Shown: positions 36,872-37,129 of the stretch, piece by piece
How the letters are laid out: every line of letters starts with the position of its first letter
Position numbering within the stretch: position 1 is the stretch's first letter
Source of the DNA: a virus
Lineage: Duplodnaviria; Heunggongvirae; Uroviricota; Caudoviricetes
IMG/VR virus record: IMGVR_UViG_2872174743_000010
Location: 1 to 37,129 of that record
Direction: 5' to 3' (one strand)
DNA: 37,129 bases
Program-made: the position numbers and the translations under genes
Notes under the pieces: model-generated
What the model was told of the DNA's origin: nothing
The model's input: the letters and a program-made list of their open reading frames with translations, nothing else
The model's database searches: none

Positions 36872-37129
36872 TCAGGCGTCCAGATTTTCTTTCACCCATG
36901 CAGCAAAATCGGTATAGCCGCCGATATGTTGCTGATCGACAAAAATCTGCGGCACGGTTTCTACGGGTTTACCTGCCTTTTGTGGTAGATCTTCTTTAGT
37001 GATCCCTTCCGCACGAATATCTACATACTGATACTGAAAATCATCGCGTTCATTGCTCAATTTCTCAGCCAGATCTTTTGCACGCACACAGTAAGGGCAA
37101 CCCGAACGACCAAAAATAACGGTTTGCAT
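36872..37129 (-). CDS. grxA: Glutaredoxin 1
   Basis: MQTVIFGRSGCPYCVRAKDLAEKL... with the CPYC active site; starts at the last base of the window. Confidence 0.95.
   Translation of the reverse strand: MQTVIFGRSGCPYCVRAKDLAEKLSNERDDFQYQYVDIRAEGITKEDLPQKAGKPVETVPQIFVDQQHIGGYTDFAAWVKENLDA

Overview
The window is a mosaic of decayed prophage DNA and stacked insertion sequences next to the host ybjL-ybjM-grxA locus. All calls rest on reading the sequence and ORF track by eye against remembered protein families; no searches were run, and non-ORF coordinates are approximate (+/- 2 bp). Left part (1-3300): an IS911 end, then a Qin/Rac-like lambdoid immunity module (YdaT-like, frameshifted DicC-like, DicA-like, YdfA-like, a DicF-like sRNA candidate, Rha). 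Middle (3343-12012): a triple-nested IS stack (IS110-family inside IS66-family inside IS600), a truncated IS1 and a second IS66-family copy. Right part (12013-34300): a P2/186-like prophage remnant with a replication-gene fragment, a LexA-boxed Tum/DinI-like pair, a cos-like site, the late genes Q P O N M L X, a lysis cassette, R, S, FI FII E/E' T U D and ogr. The prophage is defective: portal Q and head-completion L each carry an in-frame TAG, tape-measure T is frameshifted, and an IS1 has replaced the baseplate and fibre genes, leaving an orphan fibre segment beside a Pin-type invertase. The most interesting locus is a very AT-rich two-gene cassette (13789-16303) between the cos-like site and the portal gene: an ABC-type ATPase with a ~215 aa N-terminal extension, translationally coupled to an HNH nuclease. 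I read it as a Septu-like (PtuA/PtuB-like) anti-phage candidate. A second item of interest is the structured non-coding end of the IS110-family element, a candidate bridge-type guide RNA.
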